This document shows positions 18,753 to 28,113 of a DNA stretch of 64,000 nucleotides, piece after piece. The notes beneath the pieces were generated by a model. It ran no database searches. It was given only the letters and a program-made list of their open reading frames with translations, and was not told the DNA's origin. The DNA lies in the NCBI GenBank assembly GCA_035708745.1, contig DASTFJ010000250.1, forward strand, positions 76,987 through 140,986. The letters are read 5' to 3'. A program made the position numbers and the translations under genes. Positions within the stretch are counted from its first letter, which is position 1; each line of letters starts with the position of its first letter. The DNA is from Thermomicrobiales bacterium. GTDB taxonomy: Bacteria; Chloroflexota; Chloroflexia; Thermomicrobiales; UBA6265.

Positions 18753-19019
18753 CTACGATCGCCGATCTTCTGACCAGTTCATGAACGCAAAGAACATCAG
18801 AATGCCGCCTACCCCAGCACCGGCGAGGGCAACGGCGCCGCCAATCAATTCGAAACCAAGCTGCCAAATAACCCAACCAATCAGATACCCAACGGCAGCG
18901 CCGACGAGCACGCAGGCGATCCAGATCGCGATAAGTCTCCAACCTTGCACGGGTTGCTCTCCTCTCCTAACTCTGCCGGTTCGTCGACGCTTGCCAAAGC
19001 AATCTTTCGCTTGAGCCAA
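18753..19019 (-). CDS. Small glycine-zipper membrane protein
   Basis: 88-aa ORF with two hydrophobic segments. Only a TTG start is available. Confidence 0.4.
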   Translation of the reverse strand: MAQAKDCFGKRRRTGRVRRGEQPVQGWRLIAIWIACVLVGAAVGYLIGWVIWQLGFELIGGAVALAGAGVGGILMFFAFMNWSEDRRS

Positions 19020-19034
19020 GGCAACGGCGCTTCA

Positions 19035-20765
19035 TCATCGGACACCGGTCCTCTCGCCCGATCGGCATCGCGTGAGATACGCATCGACGGCGTCGCTCAC
19101 GTCGAGGTGAAACTTTTCCGGTCCGATCTCAGCGACGACTCCGTCACGTTCGAGTACCTCCAGGGCTGATTTCTTCACCCGCGAAAGGTGGAAAGCAATA
19201 TTTCTAGCTGCCAAATATCGATAGATGCGACTGATTTTTTCAGCTCCCTGGGCGTCGATGAAGTTCACGCTTTGACAGTCGAGAATCACCAATTCGAGTT
19301 GCTCCTCACTTTTGTCGATGAGCTGGTGAATCCGTTCCTCGAGTGAATCTGCGGTGGCGAAGAACAACGCGCCCTCCAGGCGGATCGCCAGCACTCCGGG
19401 GACTTGCTCATCGCCCGGAAAGTCGTCCAGATCTCGAAAAACATGTGTTCCACTGGCCCGCCCAAGCAGCGGAATCGACGGCGATGTGGTGACCCGCAGC
19501 AGCCAGATCAGTGAAAGGAGAACTCCAATGAGCACTCCCGCGAGGACGCCGAATAACACGACACCGCTCAGTGCCGCGATGGCGATATAAAAATCTGAGC
19601 GTTTCACCGCAAAGAGCCGGCGAAGTTCCGGCACGTCCATCATCCCCAGAGTGACGGCCTCGATGACTACCGCCCCGAGGACAGCCTTTGGCAGTTGGGA
19701 GAAGAGCGGAGCGAGAAAGATCAATGTGAGAACAATGGTGCCACCGGTCACTAACGAGGCGATTGGGCTCTTTGCCCCGGCGCGATCGTTCAGTGAGCTG
19801 GCAGAAAGACTGGTCGAAACAGGAATTCCCTGGAAGAGCCCGGCTCCGATATTCGCAGCTCCCTGCGCCAACGATTCCCGGTCGATATTGACTTGATAGC
19901 CGTTCTTCGCCGCGAAGAAACGGGCATCCCCGGCACTTTGCGAAAAACCGATCATGACAATGGCCGTGGCTGCCAGAGCAACGAGACCAAAGTGATCGGC
20001 GACGACATGCAGATCAGGCACTTCTATCGAAGGTAGGCCGCGTGGCACATCACCCACTAAGGCCACGCCGCGCGCCTTCAGATCGAGCGCCGTGGAGACC
20101 AATAGACCAACGGCAACGACAATGAGCTCACCCGGGAGGCTTGGAGCCGCTGCATGCAGGCCAAAGAGCACAGCCAGGGAAAGCACCCCCACGAGCGCCG
20201 TGGTACCGTGAAGGTCCCCAACTCCTTCGAACCAGCTCCAGAGTTCCTGCCAGGCGTTGTCGCCGTCTGCTTCGGTACCGGTAATCTTGGACAGCTCTCC
20301 GACGATAACGTCGATAGCTGCGCCGAACAGGAACCCGGTAATCACCGCTTTCGAGATAAATTGCGAAATCCACCCCATCCGGAGCAAGGACATCGCGACA
20401 AAGATTATTCCCGCAACCAGGGCGATCGCGGCAACGAGTGCTGCCGCATCGGCGTCCGTACCGAGACTGGCAGCAAGTACTGTGCTCCCGGCAACTGCGG
20501 CAAGTCCGGAGCTGGGGCCGGTCGAAATCTGGCGGGATGTGCCGAAGATCGCATAAAGAATCGCACCGGCTGCCGCCGCATACAAACCGTTCTCGATGGG
20601 AACGCCGGCGATCTCGGCATATCCAAGGTTTTTCGGCACGACCAGCGCGGTGACCGTGACGCCCGCGATGAGGTCCGGTCGCAGAAACGAACGGTCGTAC
20701 ATCCGGATCCAGCGCGGGAACGTGAGCACTCCAGATGTCGACGTTTCAGTTCCTGGAGAGCGCAT
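19035..20765 (-). CDS. SulP family anion permease with a C-terminal STAS domain
   Basis: The conserved N-terminus FPRWIRMYDRSFLRPDLIAGVTV and the STAS-like tail support the call. I chose the ATG at 20765. Confidence 0.85.
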   Translation of the reverse strand: MRSPGTETSTSGVLTFPRWIRMYDRSFLRPDLIAGVTVTALVVPKNLGYAEIAGVPIENGLYAAAAGAILYAIFGTSRQISTGPSSGLAAVAGSTVLAASLGTDADAAALVAAIALVAGIIFVAMSLLRMGWISQFISKAVITGFLFGAAIDVIVGELSKITGTEADGDNAWQELWSWFEGVGDLHGTTALVGVLSLAVLFGLHAAAPSLPGELIVVAVGLLVSTALDLKARGVALVGDVPRGLPSIEVPDLHVVADHFGLVALAATAIVMIGFSQSAGDARFFAAKNGYQVNIDRESLAQGAANIGAGLFQGIPVSTSLSASSLNDRAGAKSPIASLVTGGTIVLTLIFLAPLFSQLPKAVLGAVVIEAVTLGMMDVPELRRLFAVKRSDFYIAIAALSGVVLFGVLAGVLIGVLLSLIWLLRVTTSPSIPLLGRASGTHVFRDLDDFPGDEQVPGVLAIRLEGALFFATADSLEERIHQLIDKSEEQLELVILDCQSVNFIDAQGAEKISRIYRYLAARNIAFHLSRVKKSALEVLERDGVVAEIGPEKFHLDVSDAVDAYLTRCRSGERTGVR

Positions 20766-20920
20766 ATCGTGCCCCAGACGAGAGTAGGGAAACGGTCTGT
20801 ACCGTTCGGACCCGGGAGACGTGCGGAACGAACACTTCAAACAGGTCGGACCGATTTACGACGACGCCCTCACCACCCAGGTGGTGCTGGATCTATTCCG
20901 ACGTGGCGTCGGTGCTAGCG

Positions 20921-22393
20921 CTAGATCCCCGTTTCGGCCACGATCCTGCCGGAATTGACCGCTGCCAGGAGGGACGCATGGTCGGCTTCGGTCTGATCCG
21001 CGTACTTCAGAGCAAAGCGCGCTATTGCCTCGTCGAACTGTTCGTTCTTTCCGAGATATGCGCTGATTTGCAGCGGGTCGCCTGATCTGGCATGGGCTCT
21101 CGCCAGGATTTCGCTGCAAACGCCGACATAGGAAGAGAAAATCGACGCCTTCATCGAGGTCAGATCGGCGGACGCCTTCATGTTGAAAAGCTGCCGGAAG
21201 TAAAGATCTCGTCCCGTCGTATGGTGTACCCAGCCGAGAAAAGGATCGGAAACCGACTGGATGAGCCGCTGCCCCTGGACTACCCGCTCGCCTTCGTTGC
21301 GGTATGCCTTCGAGGGAACATACTGGGCCAATACGGAGCTGACCGCCTCCTTGAGTTGCAGCACCAGTGGATCGCTATTGTCTTTGCCGGCGAGAACGAC
21401 GATGTAACAGCGCATCCCGACACTGCCGACACCACCCACGCGGATTGCCGAATCGACGTAGTGGTAATGATCGAGGAGCGCCCGGCGGTCATCCGAGAGG
21501 GTCTCCATGTATTTTTGAAAGACCGGTTGGACCACAGCCTCGACTTCCGCTTCTGGGAGCCGTTCGATGAGCGGCGGGCGCTCGATGATGCGGAGGTCAC
21601 CATGCGCAGCATCGGTGAACTTCGCGGCAGCGAATTGGCTGTCCTTGTTTTTTGCCTTTTCCATCTTTGCTAGCACATCTTTTCGGCGACGCGACCCGGG
21701 GATGAAATCCAGCAATGACTCGGCTGTCATGTGCGAATACCAGATCTCCAGCGTGGTCATTTCCGAAAACTCGGCCAACCGCTGGCGGTATCGCCGCACA
21801 CCGGCCCGCGCGACGTCCAGGCAGGTAGAGTCGGACAGGCCAATGCTGCGACCCGCAAGCGCCGCGCTCGCAGCGAGCCGTTTGACATCCCATTCGAATG
21901 GTCCAGGCATGGTTTCGTCGAAATCATTCATGTCGAACATGAGGACACGCTCGGGCGAGCCGAAGAACCCGAAGTTCGAGACATGGGCGTCACCGGAGAG
22001 CTGAACGGCGAGATCTGAGCTGGGTGTATGACTGAGATCCCACGCCATAACCGCTGCTGATCCCCGGAAGAAAGCAAAAGGCGATGCAAGCATCCGGCCA
22101 TAACGAATCGGAAGCAGATGTTGCAGGCGATTCTCGCCTTGCTGCACCAGTATCTCCACTGGATCTGGCCGGTAACTGCTCTTTTCGTACGTCTCGTGGA
22201 CCATGCGCGGGGTGGCAACGCGCTCGGCGCGCCCTTTCGCTCTGCGCTGTTCGGGAGTGAACAACTCGGCTCGTCCAGAAACGGATCGATATTCGGCCAC
22301 ATGGCCGTTCTTCGCGTTACGCACAGTTGGCTCAGCTGCAGGCGGACGGTGTCCCATCGTCAGATGTTCCTTGTAACTACTGGGACGCGCCAT
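20921..22393 (-). CDS. DUF2252 family protein (kinase-like fold)
   Basis: IRYGRMLASPFAFFRGSAAVMAWDL and SGDAHVSNFGFFGSPE patterns. Confidence 0.8.
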   Translation of the reverse strand: MARPSSYKEHLTMGHRPPAAEPTVRNAKNGHVAEYRSVSGRAELFTPEQRRAKGRAERVATPRMVHETYEKSSYRPDPVEILVQQGENRLQHLLPIRYGRMLASPFAFFRGSAAVMAWDLSHTPSSDLAVQLSGDAHVSNFGFFGSPERVLMFDMNDFDETMPGPFEWDVKRLAASAALAGRSIGLSDSTCLDVARAGVRRYRQRLAEFSEMTTLEIWYSHMTAESLLDFIPGSRRRKDVLAKMEKAKNKDSQFAAAKFTDAAHGDLRIIERPPLIERLPEAEVEAVVQPVFQKYMETLSDDRRALLDHYHYVDSAIRVGGVGSVGMRCYIVVLAGKDNSDPLVLQLKEAVSSVLAQYVPSKAYRNEGERVVQGQRLIQSVSDPFLGWVHHTTGRDLYFRQLFNMKASADLTSMKASIFSSYVGVCSEILARAHARSGDPLQISAYLGKNEQFDEAIARFALKYADQTEADHASLLAAVNSGRIVAETGI

Positions 22394-22434
22394 CCGTCGA
22401 CTGGCGGCGCGTCCCGTAACAGAGTCTTTTCGGA

Positions 22435-23181
22435 CTAGGAGGCCGCTAACGCCTCACTGACTGGCAAAACCGTCAAAGGATGGTCAGATGAGCCGGGACT
22501 CCCAATGACGACGAACGTATACGATTGGCCTGCGTCGATCGCAACGCCGCTGCTTTCGACCGCCACGGTGTCCGTTCCGGTTGCTTTGGCAGTGATGTCG
22601 TACGTGCCGGCGACAGTTTCGCCAGTATCCGTGGCGCTTCCAAAACGAATGTCGGTCGCTACCGGGCTGAGATCGCCGACGACAGTGGAATCACTGGCGC
22701 GCGTCAGGTAGAAATCGAGGGACGGTGACTGAGCGGCGGCATTGACAGCCCGAACACGGGCCCCCCCGTCTTCCGCTGCGGTCAGATTCATCTCGGTCGG
22801 AATAATCAACAGATCTGACACGATCACCAGATAATCCTTGCCAGCTTCGGTTGGGACCACCACCTGGTAGAGGTATTGGTCGAACCCGTTATTCTGGTTC
22901 TTCTTGATAACCACGCCGGTGAGCGGCGAAGTGCCCTGATAGGCCTCCGAAACAACGCCATACTCGAGCCCTTCGGCCACGCGCTGTTCCTTTTCGTCGC
23001 TGTTGATATAGACATCGATCTTGTCAACAGCCGTCATTGCATTGAGGAAGCGAATGTTCACCGGAAATTGGTTCTCCGGCGTCGAGTCTTGGGCTCGTGT
23101 TACGGGCATCGCGGCAAGAAAACCGACGCTGAGCGCAACCACGGCGAGAACAGCGAGCATCCTCGAACGGAACGTTTTCAT
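22435..23181 (-). CDS. DUF4397 domain protein, secreted (paralog 2)
   Basis: Signal peptide and an IDVYINSDEKE...LEYGVVS pattern. AGGAGG lies upstream. The start is ATG 23181 or GTG 23184. Confidence 0.75.
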   Translation of the reverse strand: MKTFRSRMLAVLAVVALSVGFLAAMPVTRAQDSTPENQFPVNIRFLNAMTAVDKIDVYINSDEKEQRVAEGLEYGVVSEAYQGTSPLTGVVIKKNQNNGFDQYLYQVVVPTEAGKDYLVIVSDLLIIPTEMNLTAAEDGGARVRAVNAAAQSPSLDFYLTRASDSTVVGDLSPVATDIRFGSATDTGETVAGTYDITAKATGTDTVAVESSGVAIDAGQSYTFVVIGSPGSSDHPLTVLPVSEALAAS

Positions 23182-23203
23182 CACTGTTTTCCTCCTGGAT
23201 TCA

Positions 23204-23215
23204 CAATTCGAATTG
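23204..23215. promoter_or_regulatory. Perfect 12-bp palindrome CAATTCGAATTG upstream of DUF4397 paralog 2
   Basis: Seen directly, about 20 bp upstream of the start codon. Confidence 0.4.
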
Positions 23216-23366
23216 ATCCGAAGAGCCGGTTGAAGGCGAAACGGGAGCGTTGGTTACCCTGTTTCGTGAACTCATGGTCTGCACATTCATGGGCCTCCGA
23301 TCTGCGAGATTGACCCGCCGAGGTCACTCGGGATACGCGCTGAGCGAAGCGGTTGCGGCCGAGGTT

Positions 23367-23864
23367 TCATGCGTCTTCGCCAAACGCATCTCGAAGCGCC
23401 GCTTCCTGCTCAGCTGAGAGGTTGCTGGCGATCAACTCAGGCGAGAGGTCGGCATCCCGCAATGACTGGATGACGCGATCGCGAGCGGTCACGTCTCCCA
23501 GAAGAAAGAGCGCTGAGGTTCCGGGAGTCACCTGGCTTTGCACGCTCTTGATGAAGTTGTCGTCGATGCCGTAGTCCTCGAAACTGGCAGTCAGCGCGCC
23601 CGCTGCGGCGCCAATGGCAAGCCCGAGAAATGGAATGAAAAAGAGAAGTCCAAAGAGCATTCCCCAGAACGCTCCACTCAGGGCGCCCGTGCTCTTCAGG
23701 TGAACGAGCTGTTCCGTTTTCGGCTTCTTCTTGCCGACGTCCCAGCGGACGATGGCGCCGTCCTGAATGGAAACGATTTGCTGTGCTTGCAGACTCTTCA
23801 GGACGGCCAGCGCCCGGTCGGCACCCTCTACGGTTGAAAACTTCCAGGCGGTTAAGGTAGCCAT
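23367..23864 (-). CDS. DUF1269-family membrane protein (paralog 2)
   Basis: MATLTAWKF start. Glycine-zipper segment GALSGAFWGMLFGLLFFIPFLGLAIGAAAGAL. Confidence 0.8.
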   Translation of the reverse strand: MATLTAWKFSTVEGADRALAVLKSLQAQQIVSIQDGAIVRWDVGKKKPKTEQLVHLKSTGALSGAFWGMLFGLLFFIPFLGLAIGAAAGALTASFEDYGIDDNFIKSVQSQVTPGTSALFLLGDVTARDRVIQSLRDADLSPELIASNLSAEQEAALRDAFGEDA

Positions 23865-23976
23865 GAGTTCAATCCTTTCGATGACGTGAGCGAATCGGTG
23901 ACCCACTGTTTCGGGCTATGCCCGCCGCGGCAATGTCATTCCTTTCAGCGTTCCTCTGCCTCCTCCGGATCACGAG

Positions 23977-24486
23977 CTATTGCAGTAACGGGCTGGTACG
24001 CCGGACCATCTGCGCGAGCATTGCTGGGGAAATCCAACAATGCGCTAGCACATGGCCCCTGGCCTCGAATGCAGCCATAAACAAATCCGCGGTCCAGAGG
24101 TGCTCGACCAGCAGGACAAGGGCACGCGAGTTGGTCGGGATCAGGTCGGCGATTTCAAGAAGTTGTTCTTCGGTAACACAGAGCTCTGGAACTGGTCGAA
24201 TCCCTGAATTGCTCACAGGCAAGGTGTCCGCGTTCCAGCTGGACGGGACGTTCGATCCAAGCAGGGAACGAGCCAGCACGCCACTCCAGACCAGCTCGCC
24301 TCGAGGAGCGTCGAGAGTATCGATGGCTACCAGCCGTCCTTCGTCTCCCTTAACGGTCACCAGACTATCGAGCATCCGCACGACACCACGCCGGCGAAGG
24401 TCGTCGAGCTGCGCATGAACCAGTGGCGGCAGCACGGCACTTTCGAAATCGATGACGATAAGTTGCAATGGTCCGACCGTGTCCAT
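23977..24486 (-). CDS. Soluble DUF1269-N-domain-like protein (DUF6325-like, paralog A)
   Basis: LQLIVIDFES...LDDLRRRGVVRMLDSLVTVKGDEG resembles the product at 30036. ATG at 24486 follows GAGGG. Confidence 0.6.
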   Translation of the reverse strand: MDTVGPLQLIVIDFESAVLPPLVHAQLDDLRRRGVVRMLDSLVTVKGDEGRLVAIDTLDAPRGELVWSGVLARSLLGSNVPSSWNADTLPVSNSGIRPVPELCVTEEQLLEIADLIPTNSRALVLLVEHLWTADLFMAAFEARGHVLAHCWISPAMLAQMVRRTSPLLQ

Positions 24487-24527
24487 GAATGCCCTCGACG
24501 CCGTAGCCTGCCCGCAGCGCGGCCGGA

Positions 24528-25115
24528 TCAAGCTGTTCCCAGGATCATCTGATCGAGAACCACAAGGCTCGTCAGCAGAAATCCATCTTGCTGGCCCGAC
24601 AGAATTTCCACGCCATAGGAACCACGGGCCCGGAACCACTTCTGTGAAACTTCTGCGACTCGCCCATGCGAATCGAAAATTGAGAACTCATGCTTTATGA
24701 CATTGCCGTCCACGCTCAGCTGTTTCCCGCTCGATAATTCGATGGCGAATCGATCGCGTAACGGGCTGACTGGCTGCCGGACCACCCAGCCGATCTCCAT
24801 CCCGATCGCATCGGTGATGACGATCCGGCTTTGTTTTCGAGCCGCATGGGCATAGGCCTCATAAAGGACATGTCCATGCAAGTCTTCGAGCTGGACCGTG
24901 TCGTCGTTTGAGATTGCCCGGCCGTTGATGCGAAATGCGTGTTCTCCGGCATCATTCAAAACTAGAAAATCGACGCCCTGCGCCGCCAGACCCGTAGACA
25001 TGCGGTAGCGCGTGTTCCGGCTTCGTGGGGTCTCGGGCGATCGCTGAACAGCTCCCTCGTAATCGCTGCCCTCACTCCGTTCATCGTCAGGTTCGCGATC
25101 GCCACGGGGCGTCAT
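24528..25115 (-). CDS. LURP-one-related (tubby C-terminal-like, scramblase-fold) protein
   Basis: RYRMSTG...FLVLNDAGEHAFRINGR...VAEVSQKWFRARGSYGVEI pattern. Confidence 0.7.
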   Translation of the reverse strand: MTPRGDREPDDERSEGSDYEGAVQRSPETPRSRNTRYRMSTGLAAQGVDFLVLNDAGEHAFRINGRAISNDDTVQLEDLHGHVLYEAYAHAARKQSRIVITDAIGMEIGWVVRQPVSPLRDRFAIELSSGKQLSVDGNVIKHEFSIFDSHGRVAEVSQKWFRARGSYGVEILSGQQDGFLLTSLVVLDQMILGTA

Positions 25116-25246
25116 TGCGCCACTACCTCCGGCCTTTGCGCAGAATCCGCTGAAATCACGCTAATAGGCGGCAATGGCCTGTGACCATCACTGAAAAGGG
25201 GTAATTGGTGCGATCGAGCTGATGCGATGGAAATTCTTGGGAGGGG

Positions 25247-27946
25247 TTAGAGCAATCCCAGCTGCTGTGCTCTGCGGATAGCCTGGGTTCGGCTGGAAAC
25301 TTCTAACTTATCGAAGATGCGGCGCAAGTGCGTCTTAACGGTTTCTTCGGAGACGAACAGGGCGTCCCCGATCCCTTTGTTCGAGAGACCTTCGGCAACC
25401 AGGCGTAGAACGTCCCGTTCCCGCGCACTGATGATCGCGGGCACCTCTGGTACCTGGGGGAGCGGCTGAGGCACGCTCTCGCCGCTCAGTTCCAGCAGTT
25501 TCATCGCATAATCGCGCTGCGGGCCATGTTCACGAGCTGCCATTCTCAGCAGGGGAATGACGTTGGGTCCTTCATCTAAATAGCTCCGGAGGTACCCCTC
25601 ATTTGCTCCTAGCTCTAGTGCAGCGTCGATGGCAGAGCGAGCGGTGGCTTCGTCGCCTCGCTGGTTTTCGACGACGGCTCGAAGGAGGAGTATGGGCAGC
25701 AGGTGGTGCTTCCAGTCACTTCGAACTGCGAGATCCTGAAGACGCCCGAGGAGTTCTGCCACCTCATGGCCACGCGACTCGTGGATGCGAACGCGGATGG
25801 CAGTGAGCGTTGTATCGAGGTCTTCGTATCGCGTCGATGTCAGCGCGGTCGGGCCGATTTGCAGAAGCCACCCCTGGGCCAGGGTGAGCTGGCCAACTGC
25901 GAGCCATATCCGGCATCTCCTCTCCTCGAAACCGGCAATGTATCCGAAGAGTCCGCAGTCGGCACAGATCGCGATCGCGCGTTCGATTTCATCCAACGCC
26001 AGATTCCACTGCTGGTCGATTGAGGCCAGCGTGCTCAGGATGGCATGGGAAATCGGGAGGTAGATCGGGGTGTCGAGCTTGGTGGCAAGATCGATAGCCT
26101 TCGCCGCACCTTCACGGGCTTCCTCGAGACGGTTCCACTCCAGCATTATGGTGGCGAGCCGGAGGTGCGCGTTCAGTACGGGAAGATCATTCCACTCGTC
26201 GCCTATGGCGATGGTGCGCGAATAGAGCGCTGCGGCCTCCGACAGCTTTCCCATCGCAAAAAGCAGATCGGCGCTGACGTTATGCTCGAGCACATGAAAC
26301 GCGCGCATGCCGAGCCTGCTATTGATAACGCGTGCCTCTTCGAGTGAAGCTTCCGCACCGAAGAGATCGCCTTCTGTTTCCTGCAACAGGGCGAGCATAA
26401 TTTGCGTGCGCGAACGGTCCGCGGACTGATCCGGCCCGAGCGACTCGAGCAGCGCCTTGGCGCGAACCTGGCCACCCCGCGCATCCCAATTGAAGAGGCT
26501 CCGGAGCACTTCAAGCTGATCCGACGTTTGCTCTAGCCGCGGATCGTTCAAGGCGATCACAGCACTTCGCCCAAGCTCCGTCGGACGAACGGCAGCTTGC
26601 CAATGCCCGCTTCGCAGTTCCGCCCATGCCAGCCAGTAGGCGAGCGTCGGCTCCAGGAGAAACGGTTCATCGGGAAGGTCATGGAGCCAGGAACGCAAGC
26701 TGCTCATGCGACCCTGATCGTAGAACTCTTGGCAAATTCTTATGAGGTACCGCGCAGCGTGTTCCCAGTCGCGAGCTTTGATTGCATGATTCGCCGCTTC
26801 CTGGACGTATCCGTGCTCACCGTACCAGGCCGCTGCACGCGAATGCAGTTCGAGAAGCGACGACTCGTCGACAGATTCGTGGAGACGCTTCCGAAGCACC
26901 TCAGCGAAGAGATGGTGATAGCGATACCAGTTGCCCAAGCCACCCAATCTGGAAACAAAGAGATTGTCCCGAGCGAGATTTCTCAGGAGCACCCCGAAAT
27001 CACCACCGCCAGTGATTGCGCTGGCGAGCTCCGGATTGAATTCTTTGAGGATGGACGTTTGGAGCAGAAACGATCGCTGCTCCTGCGATCGGTTCTCCAG
27101 AATTTCATCCCAGAGGTAGTCACCGAACATGTCGACGTTCTGAGGAAGCTCTCCGAGGAGTGCACTGATTTGGTCCTGCGAGTGGCCGCGCGCAATTTCC
27201 GAAAACAATCGCAAAGCTACCGGCCAGCCATCTGCCCAGCGAGCTATTTCTTCGAGCTCAGTTGCCGTCAAATCGAGTCCTTGTTGCTCCACGAGGAATT
27301 GCGACACCTCGGCATCATTGAAGCTCAGATCCGCGGGCCCCAACTCTCGCAGCTCGCCCCGCGCGATCATTTTCATCGTAGGAAGTTCAGGCTCTAGCCT
27401 CGAGGCAATAACGACAGCCATGTTGCTCGGCATCCCCTGGATGAATTGCAGGAGCGCACTTTGTACTTCGGACGAAGTAATGACGTAATAGTCATCGAAG
27501 ATGAGGACATACGGCCGGGTCGATTCGGCCACCTCGTTGAGGATCGTACGAATGAGCGTCTGCATCGGAGGACGGGACGGCGCCTCCAGCATGGACGCCG
27601 TTTCCAGGCAAATACACGGGTCGATTGACTGGATTGCCGCAACCACGTATCCGATGAAAACGAAAAAGTCGTTGTCCGCCGAGTCGAGCGTAACCCAACC
27701 ACTCGCCCGCTCTGTACGGCTCTGCCACTGACTGAGCAAGCTGGATTTCCCGTAACCGGGCGGAGTCACGACCAGGGTCAGCTTCCGATCGACGCCTTGC
27801 TCGATTTCGGCTAACAGGCGTGGACGGATGACCTCATTGGCCGCGGCTCTTGGGGCGCGTAGCTTGGTCAGGAGCAATTGCTTGCTCCATTGCGGCTGTC
27901 TGCTTCCGCCGGGGGTGGGTTGGCTCTCCGAAGAGTCGACCATCAT
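25247..27946 (-). CDS. MalT-like STAND ATPase / LuxR-family transcriptional regulator
   Basis: Walker A PPGYGKSS, a long helical-repeat middle region, and a C-terminal LuxR HTH (ERDVLRLVAEGLSNKGIGDALFVSEETVKTHL). Confidence 0.85.
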   Translation of the reverse strand: MMVDSSESQPTPGGSRQPQWSKQLLLTKLRAPRAAANEVIRPRLLAEIEQGVDRKLTLVVTPPGYGKSSLLSQWQSRTERASGWVTLDSADNDFFVFIGYVVAAIQSIDPCICLETASMLEAPSRPPMQTLIRTILNEVAESTRPYVLIFDDYYVITSSEVQSALLQFIQGMPSNMAVVIASRLEPELPTMKMIARGELRELGPADLSFNDAEVSQFLVEQQGLDLTATELEEIARWADGWPVALRLFSEIARGHSQDQISALLGELPQNVDMFGDYLWDEILENRSQEQRSFLLQTSILKEFNPELASAITGGGDFGVLLRNLARDNLFVSRLGGLGNWYRYHHLFAEVLRKRLHESVDESSLLELHSRAAAWYGEHGYVQEAANHAIKARDWEHAARYLIRICQEFYDQGRMSSLRSWLHDLPDEPFLLEPTLAYWLAWAELRSGHWQAAVRPTELGRSAVIALNDPRLEQTSDQLEVLRSLFNWDARGGQVRAKALLESLGPDQSADRSRTQIMLALLQETEGDLFGAEASLEEARVINSRLGMRAFHVLEHNVSADLLFAMGKLSEAAALYSRTIAIGDEWNDLPVLNAHLRLATIMLEWNRLEEAREGAAKAIDLATKLDTPIYLPISHAILSTLASIDQQWNLALDEIERAIAICADCGLFGYIAGFEERRCRIWLAVGQLTLAQGWLLQIGPTALTSTRYEDLDTTLTAIRVRIHESRGHEVAELLGRLQDLAVRSDWKHHLLPILLLRAVVENQRGDEATARSAIDAALELGANEGYLRSYLDEGPNVIPLLRMAAREHGPQRDYAMKLLELSGESVPQPLPQVPEVPAIISARERDVLRLVAEGLSNKGIGDALFVSEETVKTHLRRIFDKLEVSSRTQAIRRAQQLGLL

Positions 27947-28113
27947 AGCCCGGACTTCGTGATCCTTTCGATGGCCTCAAAGCGGCGTGCGGCGGCGAAC
28001 TCGAAGCTCCTTTGTGCAGTTGCAAGGGGGGATTCCGATAAATACAATCTACCAGAGTCCTGCAACCCCCTTAGCTACGTCCCGGTGGATACCCAATTTA
28101 CAGCCTGGGCAGT

